The notes below the pieces were generated by a model. It had not been told where the DNA came from and did not search any database. It saw only the letters and a program-made list of their open reading frames with translations. From Octopus sinensis (taxonomy: Eukaryota), in NCBI RefSeq assembly GCF_006345805.1, contig NC_043022.1, positions 14,818,001 to 14,882,000 of the forward strand: a stretch of 64,000 nt of DNA, in the 5' to 3' direction. The translations under genes and the position numbers were made by a program. Of this stretch, positions 1 to 14,498 are shown one piece after another (the stretch's first letter is position 1; each line of letters begins with the position of its first letter).

Positions 1-68
1 ACATGGTCTGCTAATACGTTACATGTACCACGTCCTCGCGTTGTTTTTTTCGTGTTTGTTCTTTTTTT

Positions 69-400
69 TTGGATCCATCCATCCATACATACAGACACAC
101 ATACATACATACACACCCATCCATGCATACATACATACAGACACACACACACACCCATCCATCCAACCATCCATCCATCCATCCATGCATACATACAGAC
201 AGACACACAACCATACATACATCTATCCAACCATCCATCCATGCATACATGCAGACACACACACACCCATCCATCCATCCATACATACATACATACAGAC
301 ACACACATACATACATCTATCCAACCATCCATGCATACATCCATCCATGCATACATACATACACACACACATACATCCATCCATCCATCCATACATACAT
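69..400. repeat. compound (CCAT)n/(CATA)n/(CA)n microsatellite
   Basis: Read directly from sequence; accounts for the HIS/THR/ILE-rich ORFs at 11-416. Confidence 0.95.
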
Positions 401-402
401 TC

Positions 403-615
403 ATAAAGGACTCTAAATCAATCAAGATGAAATATAAGTTAGATAACAAAACCGAACCTTATGTACCTGTGGACCCTAGAATTACTTTAAAAGACCACAA
501 GGATAATTTTTATTCTGACCCAAAAGTTAGACTTACTTGTCCATGTAAATCAGATCTGGGTAAATTAATTAAGATCATTATAGATGAATATATCAATAGA
601 TTAAATGATATATAC
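403..615 (+). mobile_element. Penelope-like element reverse transcriptase fragment (degenerate)
   Basis: Frame reads ...PRITLKDHKDNFYSDPKVRLTCPCKSDLGKLIKIIIDEYINRL; ITLKDHKxNF...PK(C/V)RL..P.KS.LGK is the N-terminal RT motif I recognise from Penelope-like elements. Confidence 0.8.
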
Positions 616-1681
616 GATAGTGCTTGGCCGTTTCTGCCATTCAACCACTTTTAAACGAAAGGTAACAACTAGAATCATTGTTTTCGGGTGCGAACTGATC
701 TTTCTCTCTCTCATTACAAATCTGAGAGCGGGAAATTAGCAGGTTTCGATCAGACGTTTTTATGAGCGACGAAGCGTTGAGTAACTCGTGTCTCCTCTAT
801 GAACAAACGAAGTATTTTGCCTGATCAGAAGATCTGCTAGAAATAGCAGCCATACCGTTTATGCAAATAGTTTCTTTCCTCAAACAGCTTTATTCTGGAA
901 CTCAGTACCATCGTCTTGTTTTATTAAGATTTTTATGATATTCAGTTATTTAAGCTGACATCTTTTGAATTTGGTGGCCCCTTTTTTCCCTTCTTTGTAG
1001 ACCCTTACACTACAGTGGCCCCAAGACTTGTTTGTGATAAAATTGTATGAAAAATATCTACGGTCTTAAAATATACGGAAGACCACTTTGGATAATGCGG
1101 TCTTAGATATACTGTGCATGAAATAAAAGACTGGATGGTCACAAGTGGAACGTCTTTGACGCAGGATCTACTCGGGTTGAATAATAACAAGCCTATACAA
1201 AAATTCAGACAGTCCTTCGGTATTAGTACATGACGTCATTCACCCACACAACCTTACTTCGTGACATAAAGAGGTTAGGCTGAATTAGAGGATTATTGAC
1301 ATCGTCTCCTCATACCAACACTCTTGAGACCAATACCGAAAGAATACCAAAATTCAATTATTTCCGAACCATCAGAATTCTTTAGCTGTGGGATTAGAGA
1401 GAGGACCCAGAGGAGTAAAATAGCAGCAACAACCAGAAATTGAAACCGTATAATTAAAGAATATCCTCCCTGTTACCGTTGAACAGTCAGCCGACATTTA
1501 CTCTCCAATTGCTGTATTAATTAACTCCTCTCAGTAATTAAAGTATTCCGTTTATTAATATTGTGGCTGCTAGCTGACGAATGTCACTGGATTAATGCGA
1601 AAATAATTACGGTATTCGTAATTATTTAAAAAATAAGTTGATGTTTATTTTAGAATAAACCTTTAATTATTTTATTTGAAA

Positions 1682-2083
1682 CTAGCAGTAGCGCCCGGCG
1701 TTGCTCGGGTTTGTAAGGGAAATAACTATATAAGCATTTTTAGAGATGTAAAGTATAATAGCCATCTCAATATGGCTAACCACAAAGGGGGGGGGGGTGT
1801 TACTGTAGCTTTTTACCTTCTGAGATTTAATAATACATTTTTAGAGTGTTACTTCCCTTATATAATAGCAAAAAATGCATTAAAAATGGGAAAAAATTAT
1901 GGTAAATTATTTTTTAAATTGTAGACTCATCGTAGACGCGCGCTAATACCCAGAAGGGCTCGATATGAATCACGACTATAAGATACCCGGTTTTGGTTAA
2001 ACTGCACCGCAAAATGTGGGAGTAGTTAGGAATCTAAATCGTAGGAGACAGACAGCACACAACCTCACTTTTATATATAAAGA
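1682..2083 (-). mobile_element. non-autonomous Helitron, family H1 copy 1
   Basis: On minus strand: A|TCTTTATATATAAAAG ... CCCGAGCAACGCCGGG hairpin ~9 nt before CTAG|T; 5'-TC/3'-CTAG ends, AT target, no TSD. Confidence 0.85.
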
Positions 2084-2323
2084 TTTTTACTTGCTTCAAT
2101 CATTAAACTGCGGCCATACTGGGGCACAGCTTTGAAGGGTTTTAGTCGAACGAATCGGCCCAAGTACTTGTTTATTTCCCCAGCCCCCCCTAAATCTAGT
2201 ACTTATTCTATCAGTCTCTTAGGGCCGAACTGCTATGTTACGAGGACGTAAACAAACCTACATCGGTTGTCAAACGGTGCATATGTGGGGGACAAACACA
2301 GACATAGACATACGTATATCCAG

Positions 2324-2462
2324 CACTAGCGGGGCGGTAGGGGCAGTGTGCCTCGGGTGGCACTTTTGGGTCTGCTGCAGGCAATATGTGTTTTTTGTGG
2401 TCTCCGGGGGGCGGCAAACGTAAGGGTCGCCACAGGCGGCACACACTCTAGCTACGCTAGTG
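2324..2462. mobile_element. 139-bp GC-rich MITE with 8-bp TIR (CACTAGCG) and 8-bp TSD
   Basis: Ends CACTAGCG / CGCTAGTG; flanks ATATCCAG (2316-2323) and ACATCCAG (2463-2470), 7/8 match; splits a SINE copy. Confidence 0.7.
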
Positions 2463-2619
2463 ACATCCAGCGAACTTCCTTGTAGTTTCCGTCTCCGAAA
2501 TTCACCCACGAAGCACTGGTCCGGCTCTGTGCAGAGGGACTGAGACTGAAGCCATAATGGTTGCAAAGTGTAGTTCTTAACCGTACAGCCAAACCTTGCA
2601 CCTGTTAATCATGTTCATA

Positions 2620-3020
2620 TCTTTATATATAAAAGTGAGGTTGTGTACTGTCTGTCTCCTACGATTTAGATTCCTAACTACTCCCACATTTTGCGGTGCA
2701 GTTTAACCAAAACCGAGTATCTTATAGTCGTGATTCATATCGAGCCCTTCTGGGTATTAGCGCGCGTCTACGATGAGTCTACGATTTTAAAAAGAATTTA
2801 CCATCATTTTTTTCCATTTTAATGCATTTTTTACGCTATCATATAAGGGAAATAACTCTCTAAAAATGTCTACGATGAGTCAACGATTTAAAAAAAAAAT
2901 TACCATAATTTTTTTCCATTTTTAATGCACTTTTTTGCTATTTTTTGGCTATAACTCTCTAAAAATGCTTATATAGTTATTTCCCTTACAAACCCGAGCA
3001 ACGCCGGGCGATACTGCTAG
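2620..3020 (+). mobile_element. non-autonomous Helitron, family H1 copy 2
   Basis: A|TCTTTATATATAAAAGTGAGG ... CCCGAGCAACGCCGGGCGATACTGCTAG|T. Confidence 0.88.
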
Positions 3021-3334
3021 TTTGATAATATATGTTAGGTTCCTATGTCTCCTATACATTGCAGAACAATGAGATGATAACAACTGGAACGCTTTTGGAC
3101 ACAAACCTGTTTAATCAGGGCTGTATTCATATCCACACGATTGCTCACACACGACGAATGAACATGCAGAGTATAAACCTTTTCGCAAGTACATCATTAG
3201 AGACAATGACACATGTACATTAGGAAAATGTATGTTTAACATATTTACGAATGCACAGACACATTGACACTCATACTCAACATACACCGAGCATAGAAAC
3301 AGCCCCCTCCAACGCATAAAACCACAAGAGCGAT

Positions 3335-3686
3335 AACATGGATGGAAGCACTCTGTCGGTTACGACGACGAGGATTCCGGTTTATCCGAATCAACGGAAC
3401 AGCCTGAGCACTCCACAGACACATGTACCCTTAACGTAGTTCTCGGGGATATTCAGCGTGACACAGAGAGTGACAAGGCCGGCCCTTTGAAATACAGGTA
3501 CAACAGAAACAGGAAGTAAGAGTGAGAGAAAGTTGTGGTGAAAGAGTACAACAGGGATCACCACCATCCCCTGCTGGAGCCTCGTGGAGCTTTAGGTGTT
3601 TTCGCTCAATAAACACTCACAACGCCCGGTCTGGGAATCGAAACCGCGATCCTACGACCTAACCACTGGGCCATTGTGCCTCCACA
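3335..3686 (-). mobile_element. tRNA-derived SINE, family D (long central domain)
   Basis: Reverse complement of the copy at 31781-32152; tRNA-like head with A/B boxes (TGGCCCAGTGGTTAGG ... GGTTTCGATTCCC). Confidence 0.85.
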
Positions 3687-4540
3687 TCATTACAAATATT
3701 TATAGCTTTAATATATGAACTGCTGAAAAAATTTATACGCCATATTGGTTTGTTTTATGACGTAGAGCGAATTATTACGTCACTGTATCTATGACGTAAC
3801 GTTTCTATAAACATTCTAACAGAGGCACAGAGCCACACGTTCAAGGAAAATGGTTTGCCGATACTGGGGTACAGAACTGTTACTTTATTCTACCGACACT
3901 ATGAATGAAACGCATAGTTGATTGGTGGGATTTGAAGTAAGTTCCAGAGGGGCACAACACCTCGCTAATCCTCTCAGAAACAGTGGGCAGAGAAGATGGA
4001 TGGACGACCGTTAAAACTCCGTTGAATCATTTCTCAGTTGGAACAGAGCCCCAATCATGAATGAGTTAAGCAACAGTAACTTAGATAAGACACACAAACT
4101 AATTGCAGATATATTATTATAAACAGAGAAAAAAACCAAAACTCGTGGTTTGTAACTACAGCAAAAGATCAACGTCAGAGTAAATTAAGAATGCTTGGAA
4201 TAAGTATCTTTATTTTTCTATCGAATTTAACTTCCTCGACTTGTTTCATTTTCAAATTTTCAAATGTAACAGCGTTCCTGTTGATTATGTTTTCGTTTTC
4301 ATCACTGGCTCCCAACCAACCCTTGTGACCCTTCATCGACGTGTTCTAAATTCTTTCCTGTTTTTCCTTCCAGATATTCTACACTATTTATTGTTACCCC
4401 TCTAACTCTGTGCCCTTAATATATATACGTTCAGTCTTACAAGAAAATATACTGACTCTGTGTGTCTCTGTCTCTCTCTGATGACGGCTCCATCTGGAAG
4501 TTTAGAACTTTTCTCTTCTTTAAGTTACGTCATATAAATT

Positions 4541-7500
4541 CATCAATAATTTGATACCATGTATACTCATCTACAATCTCATACAAACTATACTCATCTA
4601 TAATCTGATACCAAGTATACTCATCTAGAATTAGATACCAAGGATACTCCTCAATAATTTGATACCATGTATACTCATCTACATTCTGATACCAAGTATA
4701 CTCATCTATAATTAGATACCAAGGATACTCATCAATAATTTGATACCATGTATACTCATCTACATTCTGATACCAAGTATACTCATCTAGAATTAGATAC
4801 CAAGGATACTCATCAATAATTTGATACCATGTATACTCATCTAGATTCTGATACCAAGTATACTCATCTATAATTAGATACCAAGGATACTCATCAATAA
4901 TTTGATACCATGTATACTCATCTACATTCTGATACCAAGTATACTCATCTAGAATTAGATACCAAGTATACTCATCAATAATTTGATACCATGTATACTC
5001 ATCTACATTCTGATACCAAGTATACTCATCTAGAATTAGATACCAAGTATACTCATCAAAAATTTGATACCATGTATACTCATCTACATTCTGATACCAA
5101 GTATACTCATCTAGAATTAGATACCAAGTATACTCATCAATAATTTGATACCATGTATATTCATCTACATTCTGATACCAAGTATACTCATCTAGAATTA
5201 GATACCAAGTATACTCATCAATAATTTGATACCATGTATACTCATCTACATTCTGATACCAAGTATACTCATCTAGAATTAGATACCAAGTATACTCATC
5301 AATAATTTGATACCATGTATACTCATCTACATTCTGATACCAAGTATACTCATCTAGAATTAGATACCAAGTATACTCATCAATAATTTGATACCATGTA
5401 TACTCATCTACATTCTGATACCAAGTATACTCATCTAGAATTAGATACCAAGTATACTCATCAATAATTTGATACCATGTATACTCATCTACATTCTGAT
5501 ACCAAGTATACTCATCTAGAATTAGATACCAAGTATACTCATCAATAATTTGATACCATGTATACTCATCTACATTCTGATACCAAGTATACTCATCTAG
5601 AATTAGATACCAAGGATACTCATCAATAATTTGATACCATGTCTACTCATCTACATTCTGATACCAAGTATACTCATCCATAATCTGATACCAAGGATAC
5701 TCATCAATAATTTGATACCATGTCTACTCATCTACATTCTGATACCAAGTATACTCATCTAGAATTAGATATCAAGGATACTCATCAATAATTTCATACC
5801 ATATATACTCATCTACATTCTGATACCAAGTATACTCATCTACAATCTCATACAAACTATACTCATCTATAATCTGATACCAACTATACTCATCTAGAAT
5901 TAGATACCAAGTATACTCATCAATGATTTGATACCATGTATACTAATCTACATTCTGATACCAAGTATACTCATCTAGAATTAGATACCAGGGATACTCA
6001 TCAATAATTTGATACCATGTATACGAATCTACATTCTGATACCAACTATACTCATCTAGAATTAGATACCAAGGATATTCATCAATAATTTGATACCATG
6101 TATACTCATCTACATTCTGATACCAACTATACTCATCTACAATTAGATACCAAGTATACTCATCAATGTTTTGAACCATGTATACTAATCTACATTCTGA
6201 TACCAAGTGTACTCATCTAGAATTAGATACCAAGGATACTCATCAATGATTTGATACCATGTATACTAATCTACATTCTGATACCAAATATACACATCTA
6301 AAATCTCATACAAACTATACTCATCTACAATCTGATACCAAGTATACTCATCTACAATTTGATACCAAGTATACTCATCTAGAATTAGATACCAAGTATA
6401 CTCATCAATAATTTCATACCATGTATACTCATCTACATTCTGATACCAAGTATACTCATCTAAAATCTCATACAAACTATACTCATCTATAATCTGATAC
6501 CAACTATACTCATCTAGAATTAGATACCAAGGATACTCATCAATGATTTGATACCATCTATACTAATCTACATTCTGATACCAAGTATACTCATCTAGAA
6601 TTAGATACCAAAGATACTCATCATTAATTTGATACCAAGTATACTCATCTAGAATTAGATACCAAGGATATTCATCAATAATTTGATACCATGTATACTA
6701 ATCTACATTCTGATACCAACTATACTCATCTAGAATTAGATACCAAGGATATTCATCAATAATTTGATACCATGTATACTCATCTACAATCTGATACCAA
6801 CTATACTCATCTAGAATTAGATACCAAGTATACTCATCAATGATTTGATACCATGTATACTCATCTACAATCTGATACCAACTATACTCATCTAGAATTA
6901 GATACCAAGTATACTCATCAATGATTTGATACCATGTATACTAATCTACATTCTGATACCAAGTATACTCATCTAGAATTAGATACCAAGGATACTCATC
7001 AATAATTTGATACCATGTATACTCATCTACATTCTGATACCAAGTATACTCATCTAGAGTTAGATACCAAGGATACTCATCAATAATTTGATACCATGTA
7101 TACTCATCTACATTCTGATACCAACTATACTCATCTAGAATTAGATACCAAGTATACTCATCAATGATTTGATACCATGTATACTAATCTACATTCTGAT
7201 ACCAAGTATACTCATCTAGAATTAGATACCAAGGATACTCATCAATAATTTGATACCATGTATACTCATCTACATTCTGATACCAAGTATACTCATCTAG
7301 AATTAGATACCAAGGATATTCATCAATAATTTCATACCATGTATACTCATCTACAATCTGATACCAACTATACTCATCTAGAATTAGATACCAAGTATAC
7401 TCATCAATGATTTGATACCATGTATACTAATCTACATTCTGATACCAAGTATACTCATCTAGAATTAGATACCAAGAATACTCATCAATAATTTGATACC

Positions 7501-10500
7501 ATGTATACTCATCTACATTCTGATACCAAGTATACTCATCTAGAATTAGATACCAAGTATACTCATCAATGATTTGATACCATGTATACTAATCTACATT
7601 CTGATACCAAGTATACTCATCTAGAATTAGATAACAAGGATACTCATCCATAATTTGATACCATGTATACTAATCTACATTCTGATACCAAGTATACTCA
7701 TCTAGAATTAGATACCAAGGATACTCATCAATAATTTGATACCATGTATACTCATCTACATTCTGATACCAAGTATACTCATCTAGAATTAGATACCAAG
7801 TATACTCATCTATAATCTAATACCAAATATACTCATCTACAATCTGATACTAAGTATACTCATCTAGAATTAGATACCAAGGACACTCATCATTAATTTG
7901 ATCCCATGTATACTCATCTACATTCTGATACCAAGTATACTCATCTAGAATTAGATACCAAGGATACTCATCATTAATTTGATACCATGTATACTCATCT
8001 ACATTCTGATACCAAGTATAATCATCTACAATCTCATACAAACTATACTCATCTATAATCTGATACCAAGTATACTCATCTACAATTTGATACTAAGTAT
8101 ACTCATCTAGAATTAGAGATACCAAGGATACACATCGATAATTTGATACCATGTATACTCATCTACATTCTGATACCAAGTATAATCATCTACAATCTCA
8201 TACAAACTATACTCATCTATAATCTGATACCAAGTATACACATCTACAATCTGATACTAAGTATACACATCTAGAACTAAATACCACGTATACTCATCAA
8301 TAATTTGATACCATGTATAGTCATCTACATTCTGATACCAAGTATACTCATCTAGAATTAGATACCAAGTATACTCATCAATGATTTGATACCATGTATA
8401 CTAATCTACATTCTGATACCAAGTATACTCATCTAGAATTAGATACCAAGGATACTCATCAATAATTTGTTACCATGTATACTCATCTACATTCTGATAC
8501 CAAGTATACTCATCTAGAATTAGATACCAAGTATACTCATCAATAATTTGATACAATGTATACTCATCTACATTCTGATACCAAGTATACTCATCTAGAA
8601 TTAGATACCAAGGATACTCATCAATGATTTCATACCATGTATACTAATCTACATTCTGATAACAAGTATACTCATCTAGAATTAGATACCAAGTATACTT
8701 GTCAATGATTTGATACCATGTATACTAATCTACATTCTGATACCAAGTATACTCATCTAGAATTAGATATCAAGGATACTCATCAATAATTTGATACCAT
8801 GTATACTCATCTACATTCTGATACCAAGTATACTCATCTAGAATTAGATACCACGTATACTCATCAATAATTTGATACCATGTATACTCATCTACATTCT
8901 GATAGGAACTATACTCATCTAGAATTAGATACCAAGTATACTCATCAATGATTTGATACCATGTATACTATCTACATTCTGATACCAAGCATACTCATCT
9001 AGAATTAGATACCAAGGATACTCATCAATAATTTGATACCATGTATCCTCATCTACATTCTGATACCAAGTATACTCATCTAGAATTAGATACCAAGGAT
9101 ACTCATCAATAATTTGATACCATGTATACTCATCTACATTCTGATACCAAGTATACTCATCTAGAATTAGATACCATGGATACTCATCATTAATTTGATA
9201 CCATGTATACTCATCTACATTCTGATACCAAGTATAATCATCTACAATCTCATACAAACTATACTCATCTATAATCTGATACCAAATATACTCATCTACA
9301 ATCTGATACTAAGTATACTCATCTAGAATTAGATACCAAGGACACTCATCATTAATTTGATACCATGTATACTCATCTACATTCTGATACCAAGTATACT
9401 CATCTAGAATTAGATACCAAGGATACTCATCAATAATTTGATACCATGTATACTCATCTACATTCTGATACCAAGTATAATCATCTACAATCTCATACAA
9501 ACTATACTCATCAATAATTTGATACCATGTATACTCATCTACATTCTGATACCAAGTATACTCATCTAGAATCTCATACGAACTATACTCATCTATAATC
9601 TGATACCAAATATACTCATCTACAATCTGATACTAAGTATACTCATCTAGAATTAGATACCAAGGACACTCATCATTAATTTGATACCATGTATACTCAT
9701 CTACATTCTGATACCAAGTATACTCATCTAGAATTAGATACCAAGGATACACATCAATAATGTGATACCATGTATACTCATCTACATTCTGATACCAAGT
9801 ATAATCATCTACAATCTCATACAAACTATACTCATCTAGAATTAGATACCAAGTATACTCATCAATGATTTGATACCATGTATACTAATCTACATTCTGA
9901 TACCAAGTATACTCATCTAGAATTAGATACCAAGGATACTCATCAATAATTTGATACCATGTATACTCATCTACATTCTGATACCAAGTATACTCATCTA
10001 GAATTAGATACCAAGTATACTCATCAATAATTTGATACCATGTATACTCATCTACAATCTGATACCAACTATACTCATCTAGAATTAGATACCAAGTATA
10101 CTCATCAATGATTTGATACCATGTATACTAATCTACATTCTGATACCAAGTATACTCATCTAGAATTAGATACCAAGGATACTCATCAATAATTTGATAC
10201 CATGTATACTCATCTACATTCTGATACCAAGTATACTCATCTAGAATTAGATACCAAGGATACTCATCAATAATTTGATACCATGTATACTCATCTACAT
10301 TCTGATACCAAGTATACTCATCTAGAATTAGATACCAAGGATACTCATCATTAATTTGATACCATGTATACTCATCTACATTCTGATACCAAGTATAATC
10401 ATCTACAATTCATACAAAATATACTCATCTATAATCTGATACCAAATATACTCACCTACAATCTGATACTAAGTATACTCATCTAGAATTAGATACCAAG

Positions 10501-13500
10501 GACACTCATCATTAATTTGATACCATGTATACTCATCTACATTCTGATACCAAGTATACTCATCTAGAATTAGATACCAAGGATACTCATCATTAATTTG
10601 ATACCATGTATACTCATCTACATTCTGATACCAAGTATAATCATCTACAATCTCATACAAACTATACTCATCTATAATCTGATACCAAGTATACTCATCT
10701 ACAATCTGATACTAAGTATACTCATCTAGAATTAGAGATACCAAGGATACTCATCAATAATTTGATGCCATGTATACTCATCTACATTCTGATACCAAGT
10801 ATAATCATCTACAATCTCATACAAACTATACTCATCTATAATCTGATACCAAGTATACACATCTACAATCTGATACTAAGTATACTCATCTAGAACTAGA
10901 TACCACGTATCCTCATCAATGATTTGATACCATGTATACTCATCTACATTCTGATACCAAGTATACTCATCTAGAATTAGATACCAAGGATACTCATCAA
11001 TAATTTGATACCATGTATACTCATCTACATTCTGATACCAAGTATACTCATCTAGAATTAGATACCAAGGATACTCATCAATAATTTGATACCATGTATA
11101 CTCATCTACATTCTGATACCAAGTATACTCATCTAGAATTAGATACCAAGGATACTCATCAATAATTTGATACCATGTATACTCATCTACATTCTGATAC
11201 CAAGTATACTCATCTAGAATTAGATACCAAGGATACTCATCATTAATTTGATACCATGTATACTCATCTACATTCTGATACCAAGTATAATCATCTACAA
11301 TCTCATACAAACTATACTCATCTATAATCTGATACCAAATATACTCACCTACAATCTGATACTAAGTATACTCATCTAGAATTAGATACCAAGGACACTC
11401 ATCATTAATTTGATACCATGTATACTCATCTACATTCTGATACCAAGTATACTCATCTAGAATTAGATACCAAGGATACTCATCATTAATTTGATACCAT
11501 GTATACTCTCTACATTCTGATGCCAAGTATAATCATCTACAATCTCATACAACTATACTCATCTATAATCTGATACCAAGTATACTCATCTACATCTGAT
11601 ACTAAGTATACTCATCTAGAATTAGAGATACCAAGGATACTCATCAATAATTTGATACCATGTGTACTCATCTACATTCTGATACCAAGTTTAATCATCT
11701 ACAATCTCATACAAACTATACTCATCTATAATCTGATACCAAGTATACACATCTACAATCTGATACTAAGTATACTCATCTAGAACTAGATACCACGTAT
11801 ACTCATCAATGATTTGATACCATGTATACTCATCTACATTCTGATACCAAGTATACTCATCTAGAATTAGATACCAAGTATACTCATCAATGATTTGATA
11901 CCATGTATACTAATCTACATTCTGATACCAAGTATACTCATCTAGAATTAGATACCAAGGATACTCATCAATAATTTGATACCATATATACTCATCTACA
12001 TTCTGATACCAACTATACTCATCTAGAATTAGATACCACGTATACTCATCAATAATTTGATACCATGTATACTCATCTACATTCTGATACCAAGTATACT
12101 CATCTAGAATTAGATACCAAGTATACTCGTCAAAGATTTGATACCATGTATACTAATCTACATTCTGATACCAAGTATACTCATCTAGAATTAGATACCA
12201 AGGATACTCATCAATAATTTGATACCATTTATTCTCATCTACATTCTGATACCAAGTATACTCATCTAGAATTAGATACCACGTATACTCATCAATAATT
12301 TGATACCATGTATACTCATCTACATTCTGATACCAACTATACTCATCTAGAATTAGATACCAAGTATACTCATCAATGATTCGATACCATGTATACTAAT
12401 CTACATTCTGATACCAAGTATACTCATCTAGAATTAGATACCAAGGATACTCATCAATAATTTTATACCATGTATACTCATATACATTCTGATACCAAGT
12501 ATACTCATCTAGAATTAGATACCAAGTATACTCATCAATAATTTGATACCATGTATACTCATCTACATTCTGATACCAAGTATACTCATCTAGAATTGGA
12601 TACCAAGGATACTCATCATTAATTTGATACCATGTATACTCATCTACATTCTGATACCAAGTATAATCATCTACAATCTCATACAAACTATACTCATCTA
12701 TAATCTGATACCAAGTATACTCATCTACAATCTGATACTAAGTATACTCATCTAGAATTAGAGATACCAAGGATACTCATCAATAACTTGATACCATGTA
12801 TACTCATCTACATTCTGATACCAAGTATAATCATCTACAATCTCATACAAACTATACTCATCTATAATCTGATACCAAGTATACTCATCTACAATCTGAT
12901 ACTAAGTATACTCATCTAGAATTAGAGATACCAAGGATACTCATCAATAATTTGATACCATGTATACTCATCTACATTCTGATACCAAGTATACTCATCT
13001 AGTATTAGATACCAAGTATACTCATCAATGATTTGATACCATGTATACTCATCTACATTCTGATACCAAGTATACTCATCTAGAATTAAATACCAAAGAC
13101 ACTCATCAATAATTTGATACCATGCATACTCATCTACATTCTGATACCAAGTATACTCATCTAGAATTAGATACCAAGGATACTCATCAATAATTTGATA
13201 CCATGTATACTCATCTACATTCTGATACCAAGTATACTCATCTAGAATTAGATACCAAGGATAGTCCTCAATAATTTGATACCATGTATACTCATCTACA
13301 TTCTGATACCAAGTATACTCATCTAGAATTAGATACCAAGGATACTCATCAACAATTTGATACCATGTATACTCATCTACAACCTGATACCAACTATACT
13401 CATCTACAATCTGATACCAAGTATACTCATCTAGAATTAGATACCACATATACTCATCAATAATTTGATACCATGTATACTCATCTACATTCTGATACTA

Positions 13501-14434
13501 AGTATACTCATCTACATTCTGATACCAAGTATACTCATCTAGATTTAGATACCAAGGATACTCAACAATAATTTGATACCATGTATACTCATCTACATTC
13601 TGATACCAAGTATACTCATCTAGAATTAGATACCAAGTATACTCATCAATAATTTGATACCATGTATACTCATCTACAACCTGATACCAAGTATACTCAT
13701 CTACATTCTGATACCAAGTATACTCATCTAGAATTAGATACCAAGGATACTCATCAACAATTTGATACCATGTATACTCATCTACAACCTGATACCAACT
13801 ATACTCATCTATAATCTGATACCAAGTATACTCATCTAGAATTAGATACCACATATACTCATCAAAAATTTGATACCATGTATACTCATCTACAATCTCA
13901 TACAAACTATACTCATCTATAATCTGATACCAAGTATACTCATCTAGAATCTGATACCAAGTATACTCATCTACAATCTGATACCAAGTATACTCATCTT
14001 GAATTAGATACCACGTATACTCATCATTAATTTGATACCATGTATACTCATCTACATTCTGATACCAAATATACTTATCTAGAATTAGATACCACGTATA
14101 CTCATCATTAATTTGATACCATGTATACTCATCTACATTCTGATACCAAGTATACTCATCTAGAAATAGATACCAAGGTTACTCATCAATAATTTGATAC
14201 CATGTATACTCATCTACATTCTGATACCAAGTATACTCATCTAGAATCTCATACGAACTATACTCATCTATAATCTGATACCAAGTATACTCATCTACAA
14301 TCTGATACCAAGTATACTCATCTAGAATTAGATACCAAGTATACTCATCAATAATTTGATACCATGTATACTCATCTACATTCTGATACCAAGTATACTC
14401 ATCCATAATCTGATACCAACTATACTCATCTACA
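4541..14434. repeat. satellite array: 27-bp monomer, 81-bp trimeric higher-order repeat (~366 monomers)
   Basis: Monomers a GATACCATGTATACTCATCTACATTCT, b GATACCAAGTATACTCATCTAGAATTA, c GATACCAAG(G/T)ATACTCATCAATAATTT repeat as abc; 9-aa periodicity (WYQNVDEYT/WYLILDEYT/WYQIIDEYP) in the ORF track confirms the 27/81-bp period. Confidence 0.97.
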
Positions 14435-14498
14435 AAACCACAAGGTTAATACAAACACAAAGAAACAATAGGACTGGAATATTTGACATGGCACTCAC

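Noticed and set aside
1217-1340. 12-bp inverted repeat (TTCGGTATTAGT / ACCAATACCGAA) as a MITE
   Set aside because: Short, imperfect, no TSD and no second copy in the window.
1574-1627. CTGACGA...GAAA followed by a perfect 10-bp hairpin, resembling a hammerhead
   Set aside because: Neither stem I nor stem II can pair.
4478-4500. CTGATGA just before the satellite
   Set aside because: No GAAA or stem III follows; at most a truncated remnant.
4541-14434. Satellite as a Trp/Tyr-rich repeat protein (WYQNVDEYT...) or as a CRISPR array
   Set aside because: Common monomer variants create in-frame stops (TACTAATC and GATACTAAG give TAG on the minus strand) and 2-bp insertions shift frame. There are no unique spacers and the context is eukaryotic.
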